This document shows, in pieces, positions 28,441 to 36,744 of a DNA stretch of 64,000 nt. This DNA is from Gammaproteobacteria bacterium. Its GTDB lineage: Bacteria; Pseudomonadota; Gammaproteobacteria; Eutrophobiales; Eutrophobiaceae. The notes beneath the pieces are model-generated. The model saw only the letters and a program-made list of their open reading frames with translations. It made no database searches and was not told where the DNA came from. Location: contig JAJDUB010000070.1 in assembly GCA_022826885.1 (NCBI GenBank), forward strand, positions 49,379 through 113,378. The letters run 5' to 3'. The translations under genes and the position numbers were made by a program. The stretch's first letter is position 1. Each line of letters starts with the position of its first letter.

Positions 28441-29522
28441 CGTGTCGGCCTCCCACCCAGAACATTCTTCTGCCAGAGTTCGCTCAGCGAATACTCATTG
28501 AGCCAACTTTCCAATGCCTCGGAGTTAAGTCTATGAAGATGAGAAACCCCCTCAGTTCGGTCAGCCACAATTACATCATCTGGCGAGAACTCATTCAGAA
28601 GATCCGTGGACTGAGTCGAAACGATGATCTGACGTGTTTTGGAAGTAGAGCGCATAAGAGATGCGAGCAGATTGATTGCGAATGGGTGCAATCCGAGTTC
28701 CGGCTCATCGATTAGTATGGTTTGTGGTTGAAATTTCTCAGGCTGCAACAACACGGTAGCCAAGCAGATAAACCGCAGGGTGCCGTCAGAAAGAAGATGG
28801 GATTTGAAGGGCACGTCTTCACCTTCTTCTGTCCACTCCAGTTCAATTTGATCTTTATTGTCTGGTTGGGGTCGAAGTAAAAAGTCCCCGAAGAACGGAG
28901 CAACCAAACGTATCGTTTTTACAATTCGTGTGTAGTGTAATGAATACTGATCTTTAAGTAACGAAAGAAAGGCGGCCAGATTACGGGCATCCGGGCGCAG
29001 GTAAAGATTATCATTGAGTCCATGTCTCTGTTTTACTAAAGCGCTATCACTAGTGTCATGAAAATGATAAAGGCGCCAACTTTTCATTGCAGGTACTGTG
29101 AATTTATATATGCGCGTATTGAGCTTCTGTGACTCTACTTCGGATTCAAAGTGCCCGGAGCTGATATGCCAGTTCCCTCGAACGTTCCACCAGAAATTTT
29201 CCTCAGCAAACATCATGCGATTATCCTGGGTCGGTTCCAGCATGAAATTGTAACCGTTATTACCAAAATAAAGCTCTGCGCTCAGATTTTCCGTATTCTT
29301 CCGGCCAAAATGCAGTAATGCATCCGGTCCACCTTGCTTGCTTACATAGAGCTGTAGTTTGCCTTCCAGCATCTGTTGGATCAGGCGAAAAAAGCCAATA
29401 AAGTTGGATTTTCCGGCTCCATTAGGGCCAATCAAAACATTCAGCTCTTTCAGTTCCACGTCACACTCTCGTATAGACTTAAAGCCTAGTAACTTGATTC
29501 GGGATAGTTGATACTGATTCAT
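28437..29522 (-). CDS. ABC-type/AAA_21 ATPase (COG4637-like)
   Basis: GPNGAGKS Walker A, LSDGT signature, ILIDEPELGLHP Walker B/D-loop, STQS switch. Start re-called to MNQYQL after an AGGAGG SD. Confidence 0.88.
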   Translation of the reverse strand: MNQYQLSRIKLLGFKSIRECDVELKELNVLIGPNGAGKSNFIGFFRLIQQMLEGKLQLYVSKQGGPDALLHFGRKNTENLSAELYFGNNGYNFMLEPTQDNRMMFAEENFWWNVRGNWHISSGHFESEVESQKLNTRIYKFTVPAMKSWRLYHFHDTSDSALVKQRHGLNDNLYLRPDARNLAAFLSLLKDQYSLHYTRIVKTIRLVAPFFGDFLLRPQPDNKDQIELEWTEEGEDVPFKSHLLSDGTLRFICLATVLLQPEKFQPQTILIDEPELGLHPFAINLLASLMRSTSKTRQIIVSTQSTDLLNEFSPDDVIVADRTEGVSHLHRLNSEALESWLNEYSLSELWQKNVLGGRPTR

Positions 29523-29617
29523 GTTTGCTCCTCCTGTGCTTGCGTAGCGCATTTTTCGGCTTGGTTAAAGTGGTAGTCGTTAATGCCGTCGCCGTTGAAT
29601 AGATTGTTGAAAGGCAT
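29519..29617 (-). pseudogene. Degenerate duplicate of the pglX 3' end (32-codon mini-ORF MPFNNLFNGDGINDYHFNQAEKCATQAQEEQT)
   Basis: Aligns without gaps to the PglX C-terminus PWYHLFRGDRINDHHLTLTEKRAAR. By hand count 36 of 46 nt are identical (29548-29593 vs 33179-33224). Its TGA overlaps the ATPase ATG. Confidence 0.75.
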
Positions 29618-29619
29618 GA

Positions 29620-32600
29620 TCATTCGTCCTCCCGTTTGTGTTCAGCAATAATCCGTTTAGCCTCTCGGTCATAGCTGTCCGCCAAGTCTCGCAGGGTAAC
29701 GGCAAATCGCTGAAACCCCGCGTTCTCTATTTCCTCGGCTTTATTTCGGAACTGTTCTGCCAGTTCTCTCTCCGGCTTGCCGGATGGGTCAACCTCATGA
29801 ACGCCGCGAGAGTTGAATGTTCCTGTTCCAAAGCCATTGCGCAACTTATCAGCCTCACGATCATTGAGTTCTGTAGCGACAGCGCGGTGTATCCACAATC
29901 CGTCCGGATCCTCTGGGGCATGAATCAACACTTCACCAATGTTAATAAGCGCAACTTCCAGGTGGCCGGATTCCGTACAGATGAACTTTACGCGCTGGAG
30001 CCATTCGGTAAAGCGCTCTTCGCTGAAAGTTCCATCCTTTTGAGTTCCTGGTGGCGTTTTCCACTCACGTAGCAATCGCCAGGCATTTGTTGCAATTGCC
30101 TTTGCTTCTTCTGTGGGTTCCTTAGGAGGCTGATCTTCTTTCTTAGAGCGGTAGATCAGTTGGATTGCTTCGCAAAAGAACTCGGGGTCGTTGGCCAGCC
30201 TGCTTTCAAGGAGCCGGGGGGTGGCTCCTCTATGGCCGTCTAATATGGGTAGATATGCCCACTCCACTCTAAACAGGTCGTCTTGGATAACCGAAGAATC
30301 TGCCTGCAGAAACTTGATCAGTTCGACGACTTGATATCCCCTTATGGAATAGGTCGGCTCAGGGGAAGAAACTGCAGCGATCAATGCTCGAACACATTGA
30401 TCGATATCAATTTCCTGCTCGGCTTGGCGTATCCTGTCAAGGCAATAGATTGCCGCATACGGTCTGCCATGGTCAATGAGTTTTTCAATAGCAACGGTAA
30501 GATCGCTATCAGCCTGATAAGCATTGGCGCCCGTACGGGTCCAATATTCTCCTTCATGCTCCTGAAGCCATTTAGAAGCGCGGTCCCATGCCTCCTTTGT
30601 AAATGGCAAGCAGGTCAGGAATTGTCCTATTTGCTCTGACGTCCAACCTGATTTGTCGATATTGTCGCACCAGTTCCAATCTTTGACGTGGTAGCGTCGA
30701 CAGATAAAACCGCTCGTAAATGCCTTGCGCTTGTTGTCCGGTGCATCCAGAAATTCAGGTAAAAGAGCCTGCTCAATTACATCGTCGACAATAACGCCAA
30801 GAGCGTATCCCACCTTTCTTGCTGAGGTAACGGTTTCAGCAAATCGGATGACACCCTCGACACGATTTTTCTGGAAGATTTCCGATATGGCCTTATCCCG
30901 CCTCGCGTCGAGTTTCTTTTCCTGCTCTTTCCAATCGCCATTCTCCTCGTAAAGATCAAAGTCATCATCAGTAAAAAGGTGCCGGTACAGGTTTGACGGA
31001 TCAGTCGGAGCGAGTTGCTCGGCAACTAGCCCAAGGCGGGAAATCGAGTCCTCAGGCAATGCCCATTCTGTATCGGAGTACCGTCGGTGTTTGTGTGTGA
31101 CTTGCGTGAGGTGCTCCCAAAACGATAACCGTTGCTCTTCGGGAAGTTCGGTAACAGGTTGTGAGGCAAGGACTCCGATAAGTTGCTCGAAAGCTGGTTG
31201 AGGCAGTTTGTCAAAATGGTCGATTAACTCGGAAAGTCGTTCGATGTCATGGTCGGCGGCAATAACCGCAAGCTCCGCGTAAAAGGAAACCTGTTGCCAG
31301 TATTCCTGCTGCGTTACATTTTCTTTCCAGTTATCAGGAATTGTCTTTCGCCAGCTTGGTTTGTGCGAGCCGGAAGAGATCCGGTATTGGTCGGGAAGCA
31401 GTTGAATGAGCAGAGTCCAGGCGATATCAGGCCATTCGTTCAGAAGTGTTCGCACCGCTGTCTTGCGCTTGTCAACAGATGCGAGCGTTTGCGGAAGCCA
31501 GGGAAGTAATATGGTTATAAGCGAATTGGACGGACGATTGCCCCATTGACCCCCAGGGTCATGGCTGGCAAGTTCACCAAGCACAACGCAAACCCGAACA
31601 AGATATTGTTCATCCCAAGCCAGGCCTTCCAGCGCCCACAGCAGGCCGGTCAGATAGTTACCGCCGGTGATGCCGTCTCCTTCCTGGGCAAAAAGTTCGA
31701 AAAAAGGGCAAGGTGTCAGGCGCAACGCTTTCTCGACTGCATCAAGAAATTCACCGGGGGCTGCTTCTGCCAGATTGGGCAATAATCTTTCCAAGCTGCC
31801 CCACAGTATCCAGTCAGCATCAGACAGAATTTCACGCAAGACTAATAAACAAGTCGTTTCAACTTTCCCTTGCGAGCATTTGCTGAATGCATCGGGCGTG
31901 CTACCTAGAATGGCCAAACCCTCAGCGACTCCTTTACGCAAAACGCGCGAACACTCCAACACTTTGCCCTGGATACTCGCCGTATATCGTTCTTCTGCGG
32001 GTAGCTCAAAAGCGGGGTCTGGCTCTTTTAACACGGATATAGCTAACGACTTGAAGGTGTCGATGTCCTGATCAAGAATGCGTGCTCCCAGCAGGCTTAG
32101 AAGTTCAACTCGATTGACAACTTTCCAGATGCCGTTGTTGAGAGACAGAGGGCTGTCAGGGCTGAGCAATATTTCACGCGCCTTCTTTAGCCATTCGTCA
32201 TAGCTGATGCCGAGGAGTTGAGCAATCGTATCACGGTCACGTTGACCCTTTTCATCCCAGGCACCAATCAACACAGATAGGGCCAGAAAGGTGGCATCAG
32301 AATGTTGCGCCCTATCAATCGTAGGTTTCTCTTGGGTCGCCTCGAACTCCTCGGGTATTTTCGCCACTGCTTTTTGCTCGAAGGCTTCCAGCAGGTCTTC
32401 CGGTAGATTGTCGGGTGTGATGGTTCCAGCATCCTGATTCCATGTTTGTACGAAATCAACAACTTGTGACCAGACCCGTTGCGGATGCTGCTGCTGGAAT
32501 TGAGAAATGTGGGAATGTAACAGAGACAGGACAACGCCAAACTCGTTGCCGAGATCGTAGCCGAGTAAATGGAAGTGTTTCAAGAAGTTGTAGAGGTCAT

Positions 32601-33159
32601 CCCTTGTAACCTCTTTGTCGTCGTTAGCTGCTTTCAGGTGGTGTTGAATGACATCAAGTTTCTCAGTGCTCTTGGATGGGCTGAAATTCGACTGCTGGAC
32701 GTTCCTGAAAAACTCATCAACGTTTTTGGTGTGCCTTGCCTGGTTCAACAGCCATTGCACGTTGTGTGCATCGGTCGCGTTGAGCGGGCCTGTGATCAAC
32801 GCGATGATGTCCTTGTCTCTTGTGAATACCTTGGGATTATTGAAATCATTCCAGGCGGCTTGAATAACCTCCTTGAACGAAACGCTACTTTGGATTATGG
32901 CAATGGAATGCTTGACCTGGCCAAGAAGTTTCCGTCGCTCCCTATTGCTTGGGTTTTCTACGACAACTACAAGATCGTCTGTGTCGAAACCATCGATCTT
33001 GCCCTGAAGTTTGATTTCCGTAATAGGCCAGCAGGGAAGACAGGGGGCATGCCCGCCGGTGAGCATCAATGTGACAAAAGATGCCTGCACATGCGCTTCA
33101 AAATGAGGGCCGCCACCACCAGTTGAAAAAGGATTACTGAGGTTTTTACTCTTGCTCAT
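29620..33159 (-). CDS. 1179-aa protein with N-terminal PD-(D/E)xK (Cap4/Mrr-like D...QxK) nuclease domain and long, apparently helical C-terminal region; putative defence effector
   Basis: STGGGGPHFE...DTDDLVVV...LLGQVKH nuclease-like motif; no Walker A seen; ATGA-coupled to the pglX stop. Confidence 0.65.
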   Translation of the reverse strand: MSKSKNLSNPFSTGGGGPHFEAHVQASFVTLMLTGGHAPCLPCWPITEIKLQGKIDGFDTDDLVVVVENPSNRERRKLLGQVKHSIAIIQSSVSFKEVIQAAWNDFNNPKVFTRDKDIIALITGPLNATDAHNVQWLLNQARHTKNVDEFFRNVQQSNFSPSKSTEKLDVIQHHLKAANDDKEVTRDDLYNFLKHFHLLGYDLGNEFGVVLSLLHSHISQFQQQHPQRVWSQVVDFVQTWNQDAGTITPDNLPEDLLEAFEQKAVAKIPEEFEATQEKPTIDRAQHSDATFLALSVLIGAWDEKGQRDRDTIAQLLGISYDEWLKKAREILLSPDSPLSLNNGIWKVVNRVELLSLLGARILDQDIDTFKSLAISVLKEPDPAFELPAEERYTASIQGKVLECSRVLRKGVAEGLAILGSTPDAFSKCSQGKVETTCLLVLREILSDADWILWGSLERLLPNLAEAAPGEFLDAVEKALRLTPCPFFELFAQEGDGITGGNYLTGLLWALEGLAWDEQYLVRVCVVLGELASHDPGGQWGNRPSNSLITILLPWLPQTLASVDKRKTAVRTLLNEWPDIAWTLLIQLLPDQYRISSGSHKPSWRKTIPDNWKENVTQQEYWQQVSFYAELAVIAADHDIERLSELIDHFDKLPQPAFEQLIGVLASQPVTELPEEQRLSFWEHLTQVTHKHRRYSDTEWALPEDSISRLGLVAEQLAPTDPSNLYRHLFTDDDFDLYEENGDWKEQEKKLDARRDKAISEIFQKNRVEGVIRFAETVTSARKVGYALGVIVDDVIEQALLPEFLDAPDNKRKAFTSGFICRRYHVKDWNWCDNIDKSGWTSEQIGQFLTCLPFTKEAWDRASKWLQEHEGEYWTRTGANAYQADSDLTVAIEKLIDHGRPYAAIYCLDRIRQAEQEIDIDQCVRALIAAVSSPEPTYSIRGYQVVELIKFLQADSSVIQDDLFRVEWAYLPILDGHRGATPRLLESRLANDPEFFCEAIQLIYRSKKEDQPPKEPTEEAKAIATNAWRLLREWKTPPGTQKDGTFSEERFTEWLQRVKFICTESGHLEVALINIGEVLIHAPEDPDGLWIHRAVATELNDREADKLRNGFGTGTFNSRGVHEVDPSGKPERELAEQFRNKAEEIENAGFQRFAVTLRDLADSYDREAKRIIAEHKREDE

Positions 33160-36100
33160 TCAGCAGCCTTCCGTGCGGCGCGTTTTTCGGTCAGGGTTAA
33201 GTGGTGGTCATTTATGCGGTCGCCTCTAAACAAGTGGTACCAGGGGGCGGATTCCACGTCCTTGCCGCGGTCCTTGTTCCATTTGATGTTGGGTTTGTCG
33301 CGCAGGACGCCTGCGCCTTTTTTTCCGACATCAGGTACGGTAAGGAAGGGGCGGATGTTGAGGCGTACCCCGTCGTTCAGGTCAGGGTCCCAACCGATGG
33401 GTTGCTTTTCCAGCGGTTTCCAGCGCACGAAGATGTCGTAGGGCTCTTCGCCTTTGAGGATCAGTTCCAGCTTTTTCTTGAGGCTCTCTGCGGCGTCTAG
33501 GCGCTCTTGGGCTCCGTCCACGCCACTGGCTATGTCCTGCTTCTGACGGCTGATCCAGTCACCTAAGTAGGTGTAAATCAGGGTCTCCAGCAGCTTGGCG
33601 TCGAGCTTGTGGTAATTGACCAGCGCGGCGAAGCCGTCGCGCAGGCCATCCCAAATGTGCCAGATGAAAGGGCGATGTTGAAACAGTTTGCAGTGCTGAG
33701 TGAAGAATTTCTCCCGTAGCCAGGTTTCCAGTGTTTTTCCCGTGTGATCGACGCTCTTCAGTAGCGCGGGCAGGGTTTCGTTGGACCAGGTATCACCATA
33801 GGCAGCGGCCAACAGGTTCAGTAAGCGGTCGGAACCAGAAGCCTCGCCTCGCACCGGTGGAATGCAGACGATGCTGTCATCATCGGCGAAGTTTGCAAGG
33901 ACTTCGCACTGCTTGACATATTCACGTTGTTCGTCGGCCAGCTCCATGCTGGCATCCAACTCGGCAGGCCAGCAATAGCCGAGGAGGCGAGCGACGGCGA
34001 CGTGTAGCACGGTGTAATCGGTACGCATCGGGCCGAGGTCAGTCCATTTCTTATCCTCATCCCAGACCACACAGCCGCAGGGGTGGCCGTGAAAGATCCA
34101 TTGGGTGGGATCATTGGAGTAGGGTCTTGGCAGGCCGTTAGGATATCTCTCTTTGGCGACCCCGCTCCAGTGGTCCAAGTCGAAGGGAACCTTGACCAGT
34201 GTGGCGTTAGTAACATTCAACTTTTGATCGATGCAACGAACATCATCGTTGTATTCAGGGCTCGAGCAATAGCACCAAAGAGCTGGAAGTACCTCTTTGT
34301 GCTTTGGAAGAATTACACCGATATTTGAATCAAATTTATTCCCAATGTATAGCGCTGACGGCAGCACACGCATTTCGCTGACGGCTATCCCCCATTTCCC
34401 CCAAGCAGAGTTCCCTCGCTGATCGGAATCATGGAGTCGTTCTCGCCTGAAATCACCGGGAAGACGCATATGTCCGTTAACATCGTCATATTCGATTACT
34501 TTTTCAAGGCCACCAAAATGGGTTGTCTCAATAACAGTACCCTGCTGGTAAACAAAGTACTTACCTTTGGTGAAAAACTCCCAGTACTGCCTTTGAAACC
34601 GAGGTGAGTCGCCATTCAGAATCCCTGCTAGGCCATCTGCACTTTCTTTCAATAAGTTGTGCCCAGAAGGCTCACTAAGGATTATGGTGTTATCAGGATT
34701 CTCCAACTGCTTCGCCTGCTCGACACTCTTGATCTCCGCTGTCAGCAACTGTGCGGCTTTCTCGGGAGCGGTGCGGGGTTCAGAAACATCCATGCCGCGA
34801 ATCAGGTTGCTGTCTTCGGCATTACCAAACATCCCTCCCGATTCTTTTGTTGAGTTGCCACTGCTAAGACTGATCATTGCCACGAAAGCACCTGCTGCGG
34901 CTGTTGAATCAAAGCCACCTTCTCCCAACCGGGCAACCAGATGCCAGGTGTCATTTTTCAGCAGCTTCTCACGAAATTTCTTATAACTGGTCAGGAAGAG
35001 CCAATTCTGTGGCAATACAATGCTAGAGGTGCCACCGTCGATGCAGAATTCCAGGCAGCGATCGAGGAATACGGTCGCCAAATCATTTTTTGCGGCAGAA
35101 TAAAATCTTTCGCAAAAATCGCGCAACCGCTCATTTTGCTTGCCTCTCGCAAGATAAGGCACGTTAGTAATTACCCATTGATAGCGCCCAGCGAGCAAGG
35201 TCGCGGCCTTGGCCAGCCCCTGGGCCACAATGGCAACTTCCTGCTGCTCTTCGCTTTGTTCCTGTTTCAGTGCCTGTTCCAGTGCGCTTGAGAGATCATT
35301 CCACTGCACCAGCTTAGAAGCGTCCGATTTTGCTGGATTAAGCAGACTTCCCAGGACCGGTGCATTCTTGAAGGTGTCGTGCAGCCAATCCATTGCAATG
35401 CGCAAGTTGTGTTTGCCCATTGCCAACTGTTTCCATTCCTCCTTGGCGACGCTCACGGACAAGCCGGAGCAGGCAACATTCAATTCCGGCAACACGCGGT
35501 AGCCGCCAGTCCCAGGGTATTTCCAGGCGGTCAGCGCCAAGGCAAAGGCGGCCAATTCCACGCAACGTTGATCCAGTTCCAGGCCATGGATGTTTTCTCG
35601 CAGTACTGCGTCCACTGACTCCTTGGCCGAAAGGCTGTCGCGCACCATGCGTATCGGCACGAGCATCAGGAATGCCGCCACCAGAAAGTGGCCTGAGCCG
35701 CAACAAGGGTCGAGAGTCTTCAAGTCGGCAAGTTGCTCCGGCCAGCCGTCAAAGGTTCCGGCCGCTGGTGTCCAGGCGCCATCCTCCTGCTGCACAAAGC
35801 GCAGATATTCAAGCGGTACGCCGGGGATGGACGCTTTCTCGCGCAATTCATTTTCGCTGCTGGCGTTCTTGAGGTCGAATACGGTGAGCCGCTTTCCCGC
35901 CCACCAAGCTCCCAGAGAGTTATCGAGCAGGAAGCTGACCATGTAGGGTTCGGTAAAGAGCTGGGTCACGGCGGGCAACTCCCGTGCGCCGATCTTGACC
36001 TCGGAAGCGTTGACTTCATCCTTCTTTTTGGCCTGCCAGAATTGATAGACCCAGCCGAGACTGTCGGAGGCAGTGAACACCTCCGGCGGCAGGTCGGCCA

Positions 36101-36614
36101 CCAAGCGTTCCAGTTTTTGTTGGTGCTCCGGCGGTAGGACAATTTGGAAGACCGGCGAATCGAGCTGGAAGATCTGTGGCAACATGCGGGCGGCGAAACG
36201 GGCAGCCAGTTCCCAACCGTTGGCCGCGCCTTCATCTGCGGCAAGGTCTTCACACTCTTCGAGGGTGACAGCCACCGGCCCATCCGGGTCCGGATACATC
36301 AACAGATTGTTCTCGGCCAGGAAACAGGCAAACAGCATTCGGTGCCAGTGCTCGTAGGAGACTTTTTCTATAAGAAGATCGGTAGCCTGTTCACCATTCG
36401 GTTTACGGCGGTCGCCTAACTGCCGTCCATGCACTCGCAGACGGCGACGCAGGACGCGATCCGATTCGTTGAGATGTGGATATGGGGCAGTTTCCCTGAC
36501 GCCAAGCTGTTCCAGTGCCGCCTGGGCAGCTGCTTCGGCAATATCACGCGCGTCCTTGACGGTGCGCTCAAGTCGATTTCTTAATGTTTTGTCCAGCGGC
36601 TGCATGTTCTTCAT
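33156..36614 (-). CDS. pglX: BREX adenine methyltransferase PglX (BrxX)
   Basis: TQLFTEPYMV, LDPCCGSGHF (motif I), ITNVPY (NPPY-like motif IV), RPFIWHI and PDLNDGVRLNIRP. Start may be MQPLD at 36605. Confidence 0.9.
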   Translation of the reverse strand: MKNMQPLDKTLRNRLERTVKDARDIAEAAAQAALEQLGVRETAPYPHLNESDRVLRRRLRVHGRQLGDRRKPNGEQATDLLIEKVSYEHWHRMLFACFLAENNLLMYPDPDGPVAVTLEECEDLAADEGAANGWELAARFAARMLPQIFQLDSPVFQIVLPPEHQQKLERLVADLPPEVFTASDSLGWVYQFWQAKKKDEVNASEVKIGARELPAVTQLFTEPYMVSFLLDNSLGAWWAGKRLTVFDLKNASSENELREKASIPGVPLEYLRFVQQEDGAWTPAAGTFDGWPEQLADLKTLDPCCGSGHFLVAAFLMLVPIRMVRDSLSAKESVDAVLRENIHGLELDQRCVELAAFALALTAWKYPGTGGYRVLPELNVACSGLSVSVAKEEWKQLAMGKHNLRIAMDWLHDTFKNAPVLGSLLNPAKSDASKLVQWNDLSSALEQALKQEQSEEQQEVAIVAQGLAKAATLLAGRYQWVITNVPYLARGKQNERLRDFCERFYSAAKNDLATVFLDRCLEFCIDGGTSSIVLPQNWLFLTSYKKFREKLLKNDTWHLVARLGEGGFDSTAAAGAFVAMISLSSGNSTKESGGMFGNAEDSNLIRGMDVSEPRTAPEKAAQLLTAEIKSVEQAKQLENPDNTIILSEPSGHNLLKESADGLAGILNGDSPRFQRQYWEFFTKGKYFVYQQGTVIETTHFGGLEKVIEYDDVNGHMRLPGDFRRERLHDSDQRGNSAWGKWGIAVSEMRVLPSALYIGNKFDSNIGVILPKHKEVLPALWCYCSSPEYNDDVRCIDQKLNVTNATLVKVPFDLDHWSGVAKERYPNGLPRPYSNDPTQWIFHGHPCGCVVWDEDKKWTDLGPMRTDYTVLHVAVARLLGYCWPAELDASMELADEQREYVKQCEVLANFADDDSIVCIPPVRGEASGSDRLLNLLAAAYGDTWSNETLPALLKSVDHTGKTLETWLREKFFTQHCKLFQHRPFIWHIWDGLRDGFAALVNYHKLDAKLLETLIYTYLGDWISRQKQDIASGVDGAQERLDAAESLKKKLELILKGEEPYDIFVRWKPLEKQPIGWDPDLNDGVRLNIRPFLTVPDVGKKGAGVLRDKPNIKWNKDRGKDVESAPWYHLFRGDRINDHHLTLTEKRAARKAAE

Positions 36615-36630
36615 CCATCCAATGTAAACG

Positions 36631-36714
36631 TTAATGCTAACTCAGCATTAAGCTGAGCATTAAATCCATTTTAATGTTGGATTTAATGCTGGTCAGCATA
36701 AACGGTAGCATTAC
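36631..36714. repeat. Array of seven AGCATTAA/TTAATGCT-like octamers in mixed orientation with about 12-bp period
   Basis: Copies start at 36631, 36644, 36656, 36671, 36683, 36695 and 36707. Includes a perfect 13-bp inverted repeat (36656-36668 / 36678-36690). Lies in the brxC-pglX intergenic region. Confidence 0.85.
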
Positions 36715-36744
36715 TTGAGAGCTTCCAGTGGTCCACGCAGCCCT

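Noticed and set aside
27802-33159. Nuclease plus ABC ATPase plus small gene as a Lamassu or Gabija system
   Set aside because: The ATPase is only 361 aa with no long SMC-like coiled coil (unlike LmuB), there is no UvrD helicase (GajB), and the pglX-tail remnant separates the nuclease from the ATPase pair, suggesting separate acquisitions.
29620-33159. Calling the 1179-aa protein an Avs/STAND NTPase
   Set aside because: No Walker A motif was found by eye, so only the nuclease head is claimed.
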